A stretch of 64,000 nt of DNA, taken from the NCBI GenBank assembly GCA_033764315.1, contig JANRJA010000172.1:14675-78674 (forward strand), given 5' to 3'. The position numbers and the translations under genes were made by a program. This DNA comes from Oculatellaceae cyanobacterium bins.114. Its GTDB lineage: Bacteria > Cyanobacteriota > Cyanobacteriia > Elainellales > Elainellaceae. The notes beneath the pieces are model-generated. The model was not told the origin of the DNA and made no database searches. It saw only the letters and a list, made by a program, of their open reading frames with translations. Shown here in pieces: positions 1 to 9,596 of the stretch (positions are counted from its first letter, which is position 1; each line of letters starts with the position of its first letter).

Positions 1-59
1 CAGGTCATCCTCAGTTGTCAATCGTTAATCATCAGTCGCTGTTTGATCTTCTATCTTTT

Positions 60-173
60 ACCCGTTAGCCTTAATCAATCACAAGCTGCCTCACATTATA
101 AAAGACACATTTACCGTTTGCTCTTCACCCATTAGCCTTAATCAATCACAAGCGGCTTCACCTTTATATAGCC
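60..173. repeat. Two imperfect ~45-bp direct repeats, period 67 bp
   Basis: ACCC[G/A]TTAGCCTTAATCAATCACAAGC[T/G]GC[C/T]TCAC starting at 60 and 127. Confidence 0.85.
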
Positions 174-456
174 GTCCTAAATCAGTTATGAGATGAGCGA
201 ATTGTAAGAGGCACACCCCTGAGGCGTACCCCTCTCACAACCCATTTGGGATTTCTATAAAAGATACATTTTTATAGAAATGCGGTTGAAACTCTAAATT
301 CTCTGCTATAAATGCAATTGCATTAATCAAAATGTGAATTAGTAGGAAAATTAAATTCGATCGCCTCTCTTGCTAAAGTCATCTTCAGCAAACGATCGCT
401 CCCCAATGGTTACAGCCCACAGCTACAAGAAACGACTGCTCTGACTTCAGGTTTCA

Positions 457-819
457 ATGGATATTCAAGAGGAAATCAATCGACAACGAATAAAGCATAT
501 TATTAGCAGCTATCAGCTTGGCGGTAGCGAGGCTGACCAGATGGAGCTTTATCTCAACGAATTAGTTGAAAACTATCCGATGCCTTTAATTGAATTGGCA
601 TTGGTTGAAACATTAGTTGATCATTGGCTGACAGTGCCCTTGCTAAGAGGACGAGATTTTTTTAGTCAGGCACACGACAAGTTAAAAGACTGGGAAAGCC
701 AACCCATTATCAGTACGATTACGCCAGAACAGTTCCAACAAATTACAGGGCTTGATCCATCCCCCGTGTTTGGCTCAACCGAAAAGCCTCCCACTCGACC
801 CATTGTGCATCCCTCCTAA
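457..819 (+). CDS. Conserved hypothetical protein
   Basis: 120-aa ATG ORF, normal composition, no recognised motif. Confidence 0.7.
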   Translation: MDIQEEINRQRIKHIISSYQLGGSEADQMELYLNELVENYPMPLIELALVETLVDHWLTVPLLRGRDFFSQAHDKLKDWESQPIISTITPEQFQQITGLDPSPVFGSTEKPPTRPIVHPS

Positions 820-855
820 TGGATTGGACATTGAGTAGACATTGAGTGTCAGTGG

Positions 856-1551
856 TTATGAGGCCGCGTTGGAGTATGCTTTGTCAAATAAAGGTTTGGC
901 GATCGCCACCACCCCATAAACCCGAATCTGATGTCTTCTTAGCGTTTGTGCCGCTGCATTTACCGTTGCCCCAGTTGTATAAACGTCATCTAACAACAAC
1001 ACAGGGGAGTGAGGAGAGCGATGCCGAAACTCGCGTCCTAATTGAAAGGCTCCTAACAGGTTTTGCTGACGAGCCTCGGCAGATAGCTCAAACTGAGCCG
1101 TGGTAGCGCGAACCCGCTCTAACCCCTGGCGTCGCAGCAGCAAACCTGTTTTGTCGCAAAAGGCTTCAGCTAACAACTCAGCCTGATCAAATCCGCGTTT
1201 CTGCCGCTTTGCCGCATGCATTGGAATGGGAACAACTGTCACTGGCGTCTGACTCAGGGGCGATGCTAACCAGGCATTAGCTAGCCAATGCCCTAATGGT
1301 CGAGCCAGTTGAGGCTGATTTTCGTACTTTAAAGTGGCGATCGCTCGTTTTAATGCACCTCCATAGTCACCCCACGCAAAAACAGGGGATGGCGTTTGCC
1401 AACTTGCACCTGGGTCGGGGTGTTGACAGCGTTGCACCTGCCGTTCACAGTCGAGGCACAAGTCTAAAGGGGTCGATCGCTGACACACTGGACAAAATGA
1501 CTGTAAAAACAGGCCCAGTAAGGGTTTAAAGGATTGAGTCCAATGTTGCAT
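856..1551 (-). CDS. comF: ComF family protein (Zn ribbon + phosphoribosyltransferase domain)
   Basis: CPVC..LCLDC, RGFDQAE, LLLDDVYTTGAT; start placed at MQHWTQ (1551) rather than the track's 1650. Confidence 0.88.
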   Translation of the reverse strand: MQHWTQSFKPLLGLFLQSFCPVCQRSTPLDLCLDCERQVQRCQHPDPGASWQTPSPVFAWGDYGGALKRAIATLKYENQPQLARPLGHWLANAWLASPLSQTPVTVVPIPMHAAKRQKRGFDQAELLAEAFCDKTGLLLRRQGLERVRATTAQFELSAEARQQNLLGAFQLGREFRHRSPHSPVLLLDDVYTTGATVNAAAQTLRRHQIRVYGVVAIAKPLFDKAYSNAAS

Positions 1552-1805
1552 TGCCACCCATTGTGATGAAATGATGATGAAAAACAAAGTGTAAGATGCC
1601 AAAATAATTAACATCTGACGTAAAAAACGGCAGAGTGGGTAAAATGGCATTTAATAAATCTATAGTTCCACTTCAACTAATGGGATTTAACATAGTTTCT
1701 ATATCCCAGGCTCTATATCCCTGTTGTTAGCCTTTCTCAGTACAAACCAATCACCATAAACAACGTTCACAAATCTGCTGCTAACAGACATTTGATACTT
1801 TGCTC

Positions 1806-2336
1806 ATGCTGCCTATTACTAAACAGAATCGCGATTTACCGGCCATCAATGAACGAATCCGGTTTCCAAAGATTAGGGTAATTGATACAGATGGTGCTCA
1901 ACTTGGCATTTTGACACCGCGTGAAGCTCTGAGACTTGCTGAAGAAAAAGAGCTTGATTTGGTGCTGGTGAGTGACAAGGCCGATCCGCCTGTTTGCCGG
2001 ATTATGGACTATGGCAAGTTTAAGTTTGAGCAAGAAAAGAAAGCCCGCGAAGCCCGTAAGAAGCAACACACTTCAGATGTCAAAGAAGTGAAGATGCGTT
2101 ACAAAATTGAAGAACACGATTACCGGGTTTGTATTAATCGGGCTGAGAAGTTTCTCAAAGATGGCGATAAAGTCAAAGCAACGATTATGTTTCGGGGTCG
2201 TGAGATTCAACATAGCGACTTGGCAGAGAGTCTGTTGCAACGCATGGCAAAAGATTTGCAAGAACTTGCTGAGGTACAACAGTCACCAAAACGCGAAGGA
2301 CGCAATATGATGATGTTGCTGTCGCCTAAAAAGTGA
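1806..2336 (+). CDS. infC: Translation initiation factor IF-3
   Basis: [43 protein letters not shown]; exact start uncertain. Confidence 0.97.
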   Translation: MLPITKQNRDLPAINERIRFPKIRVIDTDGAQLGILTPREALRLAEEKELDLVLVSDKADPPVCRIMDYGKFKFEQEKKAREARKKQHTSDVKEVKMRYKIEEHDYRVCINRAEKFLKDGDKVKATIMFRGREIQHSDLAESLLQRMAKDLQELAEVQQSPKREGRNMMMLLSPKK

Positions 2337-2359
2337 TGCTCAACTGATGAGCACAAATA

Positions 2360-2890
2360 ATGATCAAGCTTAATCCCTGGCAAATTGCGTTTTTTCTAGT
2401 TATTGCCGCAGGTTGCATCCCCTCTGGTCAGGTTTCGGGAGTCTCTCCCACCCCTGCCCCTGCCTCACCTGCAACAGTTGCAACAACCCCCTCTAACTCG
2501 ACCCCCTCTAGTGCACCAAACTCTCCCTCTGATGCAGAGAGTGCTGGTGGAGATATTGTTGCTCAGGCTGCTGATTGCACCAATCCGCAAACTCAGCTAG
2601 AGATCAATGAATGTGCTGCTAAATCAGCAGATGTGGCTGATCAAAAGTTGAATGAGGTCTATCAACAGCTCAAAGCAACGTTGAGTTCTAGTGAAGAAAA
2701 GCTGCTGACTGATGCTCAGCGCGCGTGGATTGAGTTCCGCGACAAAAACTGTGCATTTTCAAGTGGCAGATTTGAGGGAGGATCGATCGCTCCTACGGTT
2801 TACAGCAGTTGCATTGAACGCATCACGAAGCAGCGCACCGAAGAACTCCAGGGCTATGCCCAGAGCATGGAGGATGGGGGGCTGTTTTGA
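2360..2890 (+). CDS. LprI/DUF1311 family lipoprotein
   Basis: Lipobox-like IAAGC, P/S/T linker, C..QTQLEINEC, AQRAWIEFRDKNC. Confidence 0.85.
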   Translation: MIKLNPWQIAFFLVIAAGCIPSGQVSGVSPTPAPASPATVATTPSNSTPSSAPNSPSDAESAGGDIVAQAADCTNPQTQLEINECAAKSADVADQKLNEVYQQLKATLSSSEEKLLTDAQRAWIEFRDKNCAFSSGRFEGGSIAPTVYSSCIERITKQRTEELQGYAQSMEDGGLF

Positions 2891-2900
2891 AAAAACGCAA

Positions 2901-2942
2901 GAGACGCGATCAATGCAGAGACGCGATTGATCGCGTCTCTGC
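2901..2942. repeat. REP-like palindrome with a preceding half copy, between convergent genes
   Basis: GAGACGCGATC at 2901, then GCAGAGACGCGATTGATCGCGTCTCTGC at 2915-2942; same family at 10825-10869. Confidence 0.85.
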
Positions 2943-2944
2943 GG

Positions 2945-4060
2945 CTACCTGTCTTCAAAATACTCTTTGACGATCGCCACAATACGTTCTGAGGAGTGCC
3001 CATCCCCAAAAGGATTCACGGCTGTTGCCATAGTGTTGTAAGCAACCGAGTTGCTTAACAATTCACTGGTTTCATTGAGGATGCGATCGGGGTTAGTGCC
3101 GATCAGTTTAGCCGTGCCTGCGGCGATCGCCTCTGGTCGTTCGGTGGTTTCGCGCAGCACCAACACAGGCTTGCCAAGACTGGGGGCTTCTTCTTGTAAC
3201 CCCCCTGAATCGGTGAGCAATAAATAGCATCGCTGCATGGCTCCGACCAACTCAGCGTAGTCGAGCGGTTCCGTTAAAAAAGCTCTGGGATGATTGCCCA
3301 ATAATGCTTGCAGTGGTTCCCTCACGGTCGGATTGCGGTGCAGGGGCAGCAGCAGAGCCGCATCGGGAAACTTATCCAACACGTCGAGAAACCCCTGAGC
3401 GATATCTTGCAAGGGATCGCCCCAATTTTCACGCCGATGCACCGTCGCTAACATCACCCGATATTGACTCCAGTCGAGATGAGGGATGGTGCAAGGGGGA
3501 TGTTGTGCCGCCACGGTCAACAATGCATCAATGACGGTATTACCTGTCTGGTAAATTTTGCCTACTACGCCCGATCGCTCTAAGTTTTCAACGGCCAATG
3601 GGGTAGGGGCAAAGTTGAGTTGAGTGATCTGAGAGATCAGGCGACGGTTTGCTTCTTCAGGATAGGGGTTAAACAGGTCATCGGTGCGTAACCCTGCCTC
3701 GACATGCCCAACAGGAATGCGGTGATAAAAAGCGGCGATCGCAGCGGCAAAGGCAGTGGTCGTATCTCCCTGCACGATCACTAACTGAGGTTTGATCTGC
3801 TGAAACAGAGTCTCTAATCCTTGCAAACTACGACAGGTAATATCAGTCAAGGTTTGCTTATGCTGCATGATCGCCAAGTCTTGATCGGCAGTGAGGGCAA
3901 ACAAATCCATCACTTGTTGCACCATTTCTCGATGTTGCCCCGTTAAAACAACATGGGTTTCAAAGTCAGGGCTTTGCTTGAATTGGCGAATTACGGGAGC
4001 CAGTTTAATGGCCTCAGGGCGTGTTCCTAGAATGATACAAATTGGAATTGGCGTCTGCAT
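2945..4060 (-). CDS. wecB: UDP-N-acetylglucosamine 2-epimerase (non-hydrolysing)
   Basis: GTRPEAIKLAP, TGQHREM, VQGDT, HVEAGLR, DSGGLQEEAP, NPFGDG; start at MQTPIP. Confidence 0.95.
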   Translation of the reverse strand: MQTPIPICIILGTRPEAIKLAPVIRQFKQSPDFETHVVLTGQHREMVQQVMDLFALTADQDLAIMQHKQTLTDITCRSLQGLETLFQQIKPQLVIVQGDTTTAFAAAIAAFYHRIPVGHVEAGLRTDDLFNPYPEEANRRLISQITQLNFAPTPLAVENLERSGVVGKIYQTGNTVIDALLTVAAQHPPCTIPHLDWSQYRVMLATVHRRENWGDPLQDIAQGFLDVLDKFPDAALLLPLHRNPTVREPLQALLGNHPRAFLTEPLDYAELVGAMQRCYLLLTDSGGLQEEAPSLGKPVLVLRETTERPEAIAAGTAKLIGTNPDRILNETSELLSNSVAYNTMATAVNPFGDGHSSERIVAIVKEYFEDR

Positions 4061-4148
4061 AGAGTAGGGAATAGAGATGAGTAAGGATGAAGGCAGAGGG
4101 CATTTTTTGTAGGATGCCGTTGACAAACGACAAACGACAGTCATTTCA

Positions 4149-4790
4149 TTAATTCTGCGGTGGTTCGTTCTGGGGTGACGGTTCGTTTTGTGGTGACGGT
4201 TCGTTTTCTGGTGGCTCACTGTTAGGTGATGCTTCGTTAGCTGGCTCTGCTTTCCACTCTGGAAGGGCACGATTAACAGCTGCATCAAAGTCAGCGGGAA
4301 CCAACACAATATTGAGGGACTCGGCAGGCTCAGCAGGGGGATCAACCTGAGCATACAGGCGACTGCGATCGAAGTTATAGCCTCCCACAGTGAGGCGATG
4401 GCTTTTTTGATCGTCGAGGGTGAAGTCAATCACAGCGAGGGGTTGATGAAACCCAAAATCTGCTTGTTGGTCAGTAGGAGCAGTAAAGGAGCGATCGCTC
4501 TGACTGACTGCAATTAAGTTCAGCAAATAGGCGATCGAGGCTTCGTTGGCAGCACCTGCATCCGGTTCTTTCATCTGCCAGGTGCCGTTCTCATCTTTGG
4601 TAAAGGAGAGCGATCGCAACTGGGTTTTGAGGGTAAATGATGTGATCTGCTGTTCCTCAACGGCAAATAGATCTTGGGTTGTTTCAGAGTCAATTGAGGG
4701 GGTGTCACCGTTAATTTGAGACAGATAGACAGCACCCCCCAAAATGGCTGCAATGACAACTAGCACAATCGTCGTGGGTTTCAGTTTCAT
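4149..4790 (-). CDS. DUF4340 domain protein
   Basis: N-terminal TM, DFGFHQP and LTVG motifs, follows a GldG-like gene; NEPSPQ repeat tail. Confidence 0.8.
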   Translation of the reverse strand: MKLKPTTIVLVVIAAILGGAVYLSQINGDTPSIDSETTQDLFAVEEQQITSFTLKTQLRSLSFTKDENGTWQMKEPDAGAANEASIAYLLNLIAVSQSDRSFTAPTDQQADFGFHQPLAVIDFTLDDQKSHRLTVGGYNFDRSRLYAQVDPPAEPAESLNIVLVPADFDAAVNRALPEWKAEPANEASPNSEPPENEPSPQNEPSPQNEPPQN

Positions 4791-4799
4791 GGCTCAATC

Positions 4800-6431
4800 C
4801 TAACGGCGGCTCCACCAGATGGCAACGCCCATGCCAAAGCCCAACAACGGCAAAAACACGAGTGACAACAGCGCAAGCAAGATTTGTCGCTGCGGTTGCA
4901 ACAAAATGCGGCGGTTAGTCATTTCTTTAGGGCGCACAGCTAGCACTTGATTGTTGTCTTGTTGGCTGACCCAACTCACCGAGTTGAGAAAGACATCGGC
5001 ATTGAGTTGCTGGTTAAACAACCCGTCGGTGATAAAGCTAGAGTTGCCAATTACCACTAACCTTGCCTCAGATGGCGCGGCTGGAGACGCCTCTGGAGAC
5101 GGACTGGGGGATGGAGACGCACCCGGACTGGGAGATGCCTCTGGGCTGGGTGAAGCGGTAGGTGTATCGGCTTCAACTGGACGGCTCAGGGCTGCCCCAA
5201 TCAACAGTTGCCCCGCTGGATCGGTCGCTGGATCAAAGGCTAACTGTCCATTTTCACCAATTCGTTGTGCTTGAACGCGATCGCTTGTTGCTAATAGGGG
5301 CACTGCTTCCACACCATCGACGGGTTTCAGGTCAATCGGACGGGCGATCGGGTAAAAAGAAATCCCATTCGCTAAATTTTGAGTAATGGGGTGATCGCCA
5401 TACTGAGTGACTAGCGTGACCAGAGCTTCAGGACCCGATGCTTGACGGGTTGGGTCAACCACCACCCGATCAACCAAGCTAACTCCCCATTGATTGAGTA
5501 AATCTGTCAATTCAGGATTGACATTGGGGTCAATTAGCAATACCAACCCACTGCGCCGTTGGCTGAGATACTCCTCCAGGGCAGTCACTTCCTCTTCTAG
5601 CAGTGCCCGTTCTGGACCTGCCACCACAACCGCTGTTGCATCCTCTGGCACCTCGCCCTGCTCTGCCAAATTCAGGGGTTCTGTGACATAGCTCTCTTCC
5701 TGCAATCGGGTGCTAGCTTCGGTGACTCCTGCTTGACCCGCTTGCAGCGATCGCTCTCCGTGTCCCTGCAAAAAATAAACCTTTGCCTGACGATCAGTGG
5801 CGAGTTGAGCGATGCCATTGGTCAAGCGACGTTCTGACAATCGCTCTTGATCGCTGACTACCTGCAACAGACGACGGCGATCGCCTTGTTCCAAATACAC
5901 CTCACCAGGGGCTTTGACCCCAAACTCTTGAGCTACTCCGGGTTGGGCATCCGGATTAACGTATTCATAACTAAACTTATTATTTTGCCGACGATAATTG
6001 TCGAGCAATTGTCGGTCTTGAGGATTTTCAGCCGGGTCAAACAGCCAAGCTTTAACAGGCTGTTCTAACTGTTGCATGACCTCTTGAGTCTGAGGTGCCA
6101 GGGTAAAGATTTGGTTCTCAGTCAGGTCAATGCGAGAGACATAGCGCACTGCCAAAAAATTGAGCAATCCCAAAATAATCACCACGGCCAGCGTTGACAC
6201 CAAGGCATTGGTGCCTGCTTGGGTCGATCGCTGCCCTAAAAAGCCGCGCACTGAGGTGCCTTCTGACACGAGCCATGCCACGATAATGGCGATGCCTGCC
6301 AACATCAACCCCAACGGCACAGCTCCCCATATGCCAGCGACAAACCCAGCCGTTAGCCCAATGATGATTAGCATTGGACCCAGCCATACCAGGTATTTCA
6401 GATATTTCCTTTGTAAAACCGACATTCTCAT
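4800..6431 (-). CDS. GldG family / ABC transporter auxiliary component
   Basis: RIDLTENQIFTLAPQT, VYFLQGHGE, RLVVIGNSSF, N- and C-terminal TM helices. Confidence 0.88.
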   Translation of the reverse strand: MRMSVLQRKYLKYLVWLGPMLIIIGLTAGFVAGIWGAVPLGLMLAGIAIIVAWLVSEGTSVRGFLGQRSTQAGTNALVSTLAVVIILGLLNFLAVRYVSRIDLTENQIFTLAPQTQEVMQQLEQPVKAWLFDPAENPQDRQLLDNYRRQNNKFSYEYVNPDAQPGVAQEFGVKAPGEVYLEQGDRRRLLQVVSDQERLSERRLTNGIAQLATDRQAKVYFLQGHGERSLQAGQAGVTEASTRLQEESYVTEPLNLAEQGEVPEDATAVVVAGPERALLEEEVTALEEYLSQRRSGLVLLIDPNVNPELTDLLNQWGVSLVDRVVVDPTRQASGPEALVTLVTQYGDHPITQNLANGISFYPIARPIDLKPVDGVEAVPLLATSDRVQAQRIGENGQLAFDPATDPAGQLLIGAALSRPVEADTPTASPSPEASPSPGASPSPSPSPEASPAAPSEARLVVIGNSSFITDGLFNQQLNADVFLNSVSWVSQQDNNQVLAVRPKEMTNRRILLQPQRQILLALLSLVFLPLLGFGMGVAIWWSRR

Positions 6432-6504
6432 GGCGTAACCGTTTCATGTAATGGCCCGTTAATGTTATACGCTTAAACGGACTAGCCTCGCAAAATTTCG
6501 TTAT

Positions 6505-6984
6505 TTAGGCATCTTGTGATTTCAAGGCTTGATCTAGCACCGATCGAGCTTGCACCGCTTGAGTCCGTGCTTCTCGATAGCGCAGATTGAGCTGAGCAAA
6601 GGTTTTCAAAACTTTGAAATTCTCCCGTAGTTGGGTCAGTTCTTCGTCATCCATCACTTCATCCGTAAACAGAGGGTCGATTTGAGCACGAATCTTCATA
6701 GCCTCTGTGCGGGATGCCTGCACCTTTTGCTTCAGCATGGCTAAATGGCTTAACACTTGTACGGCCTGAGTGACCGCATCTTCGTCATCGCTAGTGGCGA
6801 TCGCCGGTTCTTTAACTTCAATGAACTGATGAGGCCCGAACCCTTCTGACAGATCGGTGGGCAATTCCCCGGTTTCCATCAGTTCCAGCAACTGATCCAT
6901 AGCCTTATCACGGGCTTTAGAGGAATCTTTGCCAGGAACGGTTAAAACAATCTCTGGGCTTTGGGCGAGGGTATACTGAACCAT
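6505..6984 (-). CDS. Conserved hypothetical protein (helical C-terminus)
   Basis: 159-aa ATG ORF heading the minus-strand cluster. Confidence 0.7.
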   Translation of the reverse strand: MVQYTLAQSPEIVLTVPGKDSSKARDKAMDQLLELMETGELPTDLSEGFGPHQFIEVKEPAIATSDDEDAVTQAVQVLSHLAMLKQKVQASRTEAMKIRAQIDPLFTDEVMDDEELTQLRENFKVLKTFAQLNLRYREARTQAVQARSVLDQALKSQDA

Positions 6985-7086
6985 ATCTTTACCAATACTT
7001 TTGTACTATTATCTCCTAATCCTACGGGTCGAGTTGCCATCTCATCAACCCAGCGCAGAAAAATGATCATCCTACAGGAGTTACGG

Positions 7087-7122
7087 TAGAAGTCACATCA
7101 TGACTAGAAGTCACGTCATGAC
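7087..7122. repeat. 18-bp tandem duplication
   Basis: TAGAAGTCAC[A/G]TCATGAC x2. Confidence 0.85.
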
Positions 7123-7347
7123 ATTACCGTGATCTGCCAGAGTCTGGTTGAGTCGCAATGTCAGCTACATAATTCAACTGAAAATGTCTCTACCATAGAA
7201 ACATAGAGTAACGCTCGATCAGCCGTAAGAATCTTTGAATTACAAGCCTTTCATTTTCATCAGGTGGGTGAACTTGAGGATTGGATGCTTGATTTGAACT
7301 AGGCTGGAGAGATCTATACAGAACTTAATGGTTGAGCTAGTGATCTG

Positions 7348-8076
7348 GTGAAAAATATTCTCGTTATTGTCCATCAAGCTACATCCGATCCGGGATTGGT
7401 AGGACAACTATTGCGATCGCACGGGTATACCCTCGATATTCGCTGCCCCAATATTGGCGAAGACTTGCCCCCCACCCTGGCGCATCACGAAGCGGTGGTG
7501 GTGTTTGGAGGGCCGATGAGTGCTAACGACAGTGAGACATTGCCTTGCATTCGCACTGAGCTAGATTGGATTGCAGGTGCTATTGAGTCGGGCAAACCCT
7601 ATCTGGGCATCTGTTTAGGAGCGCAATTACTGGCGCGGGTGCTGGGGGCAACGGTGGCTCCACACCCAGATGGAATGAATGAAATTGGTTACTTTCCGGT
7701 TAAACCTACCCCTTCAGGGCAGAGCTTTTTGCCTGTGCCAATGCAGGTTTATCAATGGCACCGAGAGGGGTTTGAGTTACCCACTGGCTCGGTTTTGTTA
7801 GCAACGGGTGATACATTTGCCAATCAAGCCTTTCGCTATGGCAAAAATGCCTATGGGGTGCAATTTCACCCAGAGATGACCCAGGAGATTATGGAACGGT
7901 GGCTCGACAAAGTGCCCGATCACTTGACTTTGCCAGGTGCACAACCCTATGAGGAGCATCTCCGAGGACATAGCCTGTATGCCTCGACATTGAGGCAATG
8001 GCTAGAAGGCTTTTTGCAACATTGGCTGGTGGACGAACAACAGCATGATTACTCTAGTGATGTGCTGGTGGCTTAG
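7348..8076 (+). CDS. Class I glutamine amidotransferase
   Basis: FGGPMSAND, LGICLGAQLL nucleophile elbow, QFHPE. Confidence 0.92.
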   Translation: MKNILVIVHQATSDPGLVGQLLRSHGYTLDIRCPNIGEDLPPTLAHHEAVVVFGGPMSANDSETLPCIRTELDWIAGAIESGKPYLGICLGAQLLARVLGATVAPHPDGMNEIGYFPVKPTPSGQSFLPVPMQVYQWHREGFELPTGSVLLATGDTFANQAFRYGKNAYGVQFHPEMTQEIMERWLDKVPDHLTLPGAQPYEEHLRGHSLYASTLRQWLEGFLQHWLVDEQQHDYSSDVLVA

Positions 8077-8156
8077 TCGAGTTTATTAGAGAGTGCTGAG
8101 GGGCAAGGGGCGATCGCACCTCACAAATTTTGAAGAAATAACCTCGAAATCTGTTT

Positions 8157-8182
8157 AGGGCTTAGTCTGCTAAGCCCTTTTT
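8157..8182 (+). terminator. Intrinsic terminator
   Basis: AGGGCTTAG-TCTG-CTAAGCCCT followed by TTTT. Confidence 0.65.
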
Positions 8183-8345
8183 AGGGTGCATGCCTGTGGC
8201 AAAAGCGGTGCACACAAAAACTGTGAAACATTACTTTCTAAGAATAAAAGATTTTTGCCCATAAAAAGTTTATAAAAAAAAGAATCAAAGAGCTAAATAT
8301 TTTGAAAATAATTTTTTAACTCTATAAACCTGATAATCTAGGTTT

Positions 8346-8813
8346 ATGGAGCTAAATGAAGTTGATTTCAAAGTGATTCAGCACTTGATGGCTCAAGGGC
8401 GAATCACTTGGTCTGAGTTAGCAGGAATTTTGGAGCTATCGGCTCCTGCAACTGCCGATCGCGTTCGTCGGCTAGAAGACCGTAGCGTTATTCGTGGCTA
8501 TGCTGCGCTAGTGAACCCAGAGGCGATTGGTCTGCATTTGACAGCATTTATTGCAGTCACGTTAGAGCGTCCTGAACATCGGGATGCTTTTCTAGACCGG
8601 GTAAATGCTTTGACAGAGGTTCAAGACTGTCATCACGTCACGGGTGAAGACGACTATCTACTCAAAGTCCGGTGTCGTCACACCAAAGACCTAGAGCGAT
8701 TGATCAGTGAGCAGTTAAAAGCTTTGCCTGGAATTCTCAAAACCCGCACGACGATCGCCCTATCAACGGTGAAAGAAACCCCGGTGTTGCCGCTTTATAA
8801 GAATGGGGAGTAG
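8346..8813 (+). CDS. Lrp/AsnC family transcriptional regulator
   Basis: N-terminal HTH (ELAGILELSAPATADRVRRLE), CHHVTGEDDYLLKV. Confidence 0.95.
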   Translation: MELNEVDFKVIQHLMAQGRITWSELAGILELSAPATADRVRRLEDRSVIRGYAALVNPEAIGLHLTAFIAVTLERPEHRDAFLDRVNALTEVQDCHHVTGEDDYLLKVRCRHTKDLERLISEQLKALPGILKTRTTIALSTVKETPVLPLYKNGE

Positions 8814-8964
8814 GGAGCAAGGGGTAGAGAAAGTGACAGGGGGCTGAGTTCTGAGTCGGAGGATGTAAACGCTCTTGTCATTTCTACCCTTTCTTTTTTC
8901 TCTCTTCTTTCTTCTCTCTTCTTTCTTCCCCCCTCCTTTACCTCAATTTTTCTACAGGTAAAAT

Positions 8965-9582
8965 ATGGACATCACTTTGTTTGGTCGAGGTTTGTTGGTG
9001 GGGTTGGCGATCGCTGCTCCAGTTGGTCCTATCGGGGTGCTTTGCATTCAACGCACGTTGCGGTATGGTCAACGGATTGGGTTGAGCACTGGATTGGGGG
9101 CTGCTACGGCTGACGCTATATATGGTGTAATTGCCGGGTTTGGATTAACATTCATTTCTGGTATCCTGATTGGTCATGCGATCTGGTTTCGTTTTATCGG
9201 GGGAATTTTTTTGGTGTACCTCGGTGTCACCACCCTGATAGCTGAACCTGCTCATCAGGCAGCATCAACAAAGGGATATGGACTTTGGGGAGCGTACTTT
9301 TCAACGGTGGTGTTAACCATCACTAACCCAGCCACAATTTTGTCGTTCACGGCAGTCTTTGCCGGGTTGGGGTTAGCCAGTACGGAAGGAGATTATTGGG
9401 CAGCGAGTAGTCTGGTTTTGGGTGTATTTGGCGGATCGGCGTTATGGTGGGTACTGCTCAGCAGTGGTGTTAATTTGTTTCGCAAAAGGTTTAACCTCTA
9501 CGGTTTACAGTGGCTAAACAAAATCTCAGGCACAATTCTTATTATTTTTGGCGTGGTTGCCCTCGTTTCTATCCGGGTTTGA
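8965..9582 (+). CDS. LysE family translocator
   Basis: IAAPVGPIGVLCIQRTL, GLGAATADA, LTITNPATIL. Confidence 0.93.
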   Translation: MDITLFGRGLLVGLAIAAPVGPIGVLCIQRTLRYGQRIGLSTGLGAATADAIYGVIAGFGLTFISGILIGHAIWFRFIGGIFLVYLGVTTLIAEPAHQAASTKGYGLWGAYFSTVVLTITNPATILSFTAVFAGLGLASTEGDYWAASSLVLGVFGGSALWWVLLSSGVNLFRKRFNLYGLQWLNKISGTILIIFGVVALVSIRV

Positions 9583-9596
9583 CTTGGGGTGGGCTG

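Noticed and set aside
60..173. CRISPR array
   Set aside because: Only two copies, short unique part, no palindrome, no cas genes in the window
1800..1811. Non-canonical infC start codon
   Set aside because: An in-frame ATG exists at 1806; TTG or CTG use cannot be judged from sequence
4061..4429. N-terminal extension of wecB in the ORF track
   Set aside because: Overlaps the DUF4340 gene in another frame; WecB similarity starts at MQTPIP
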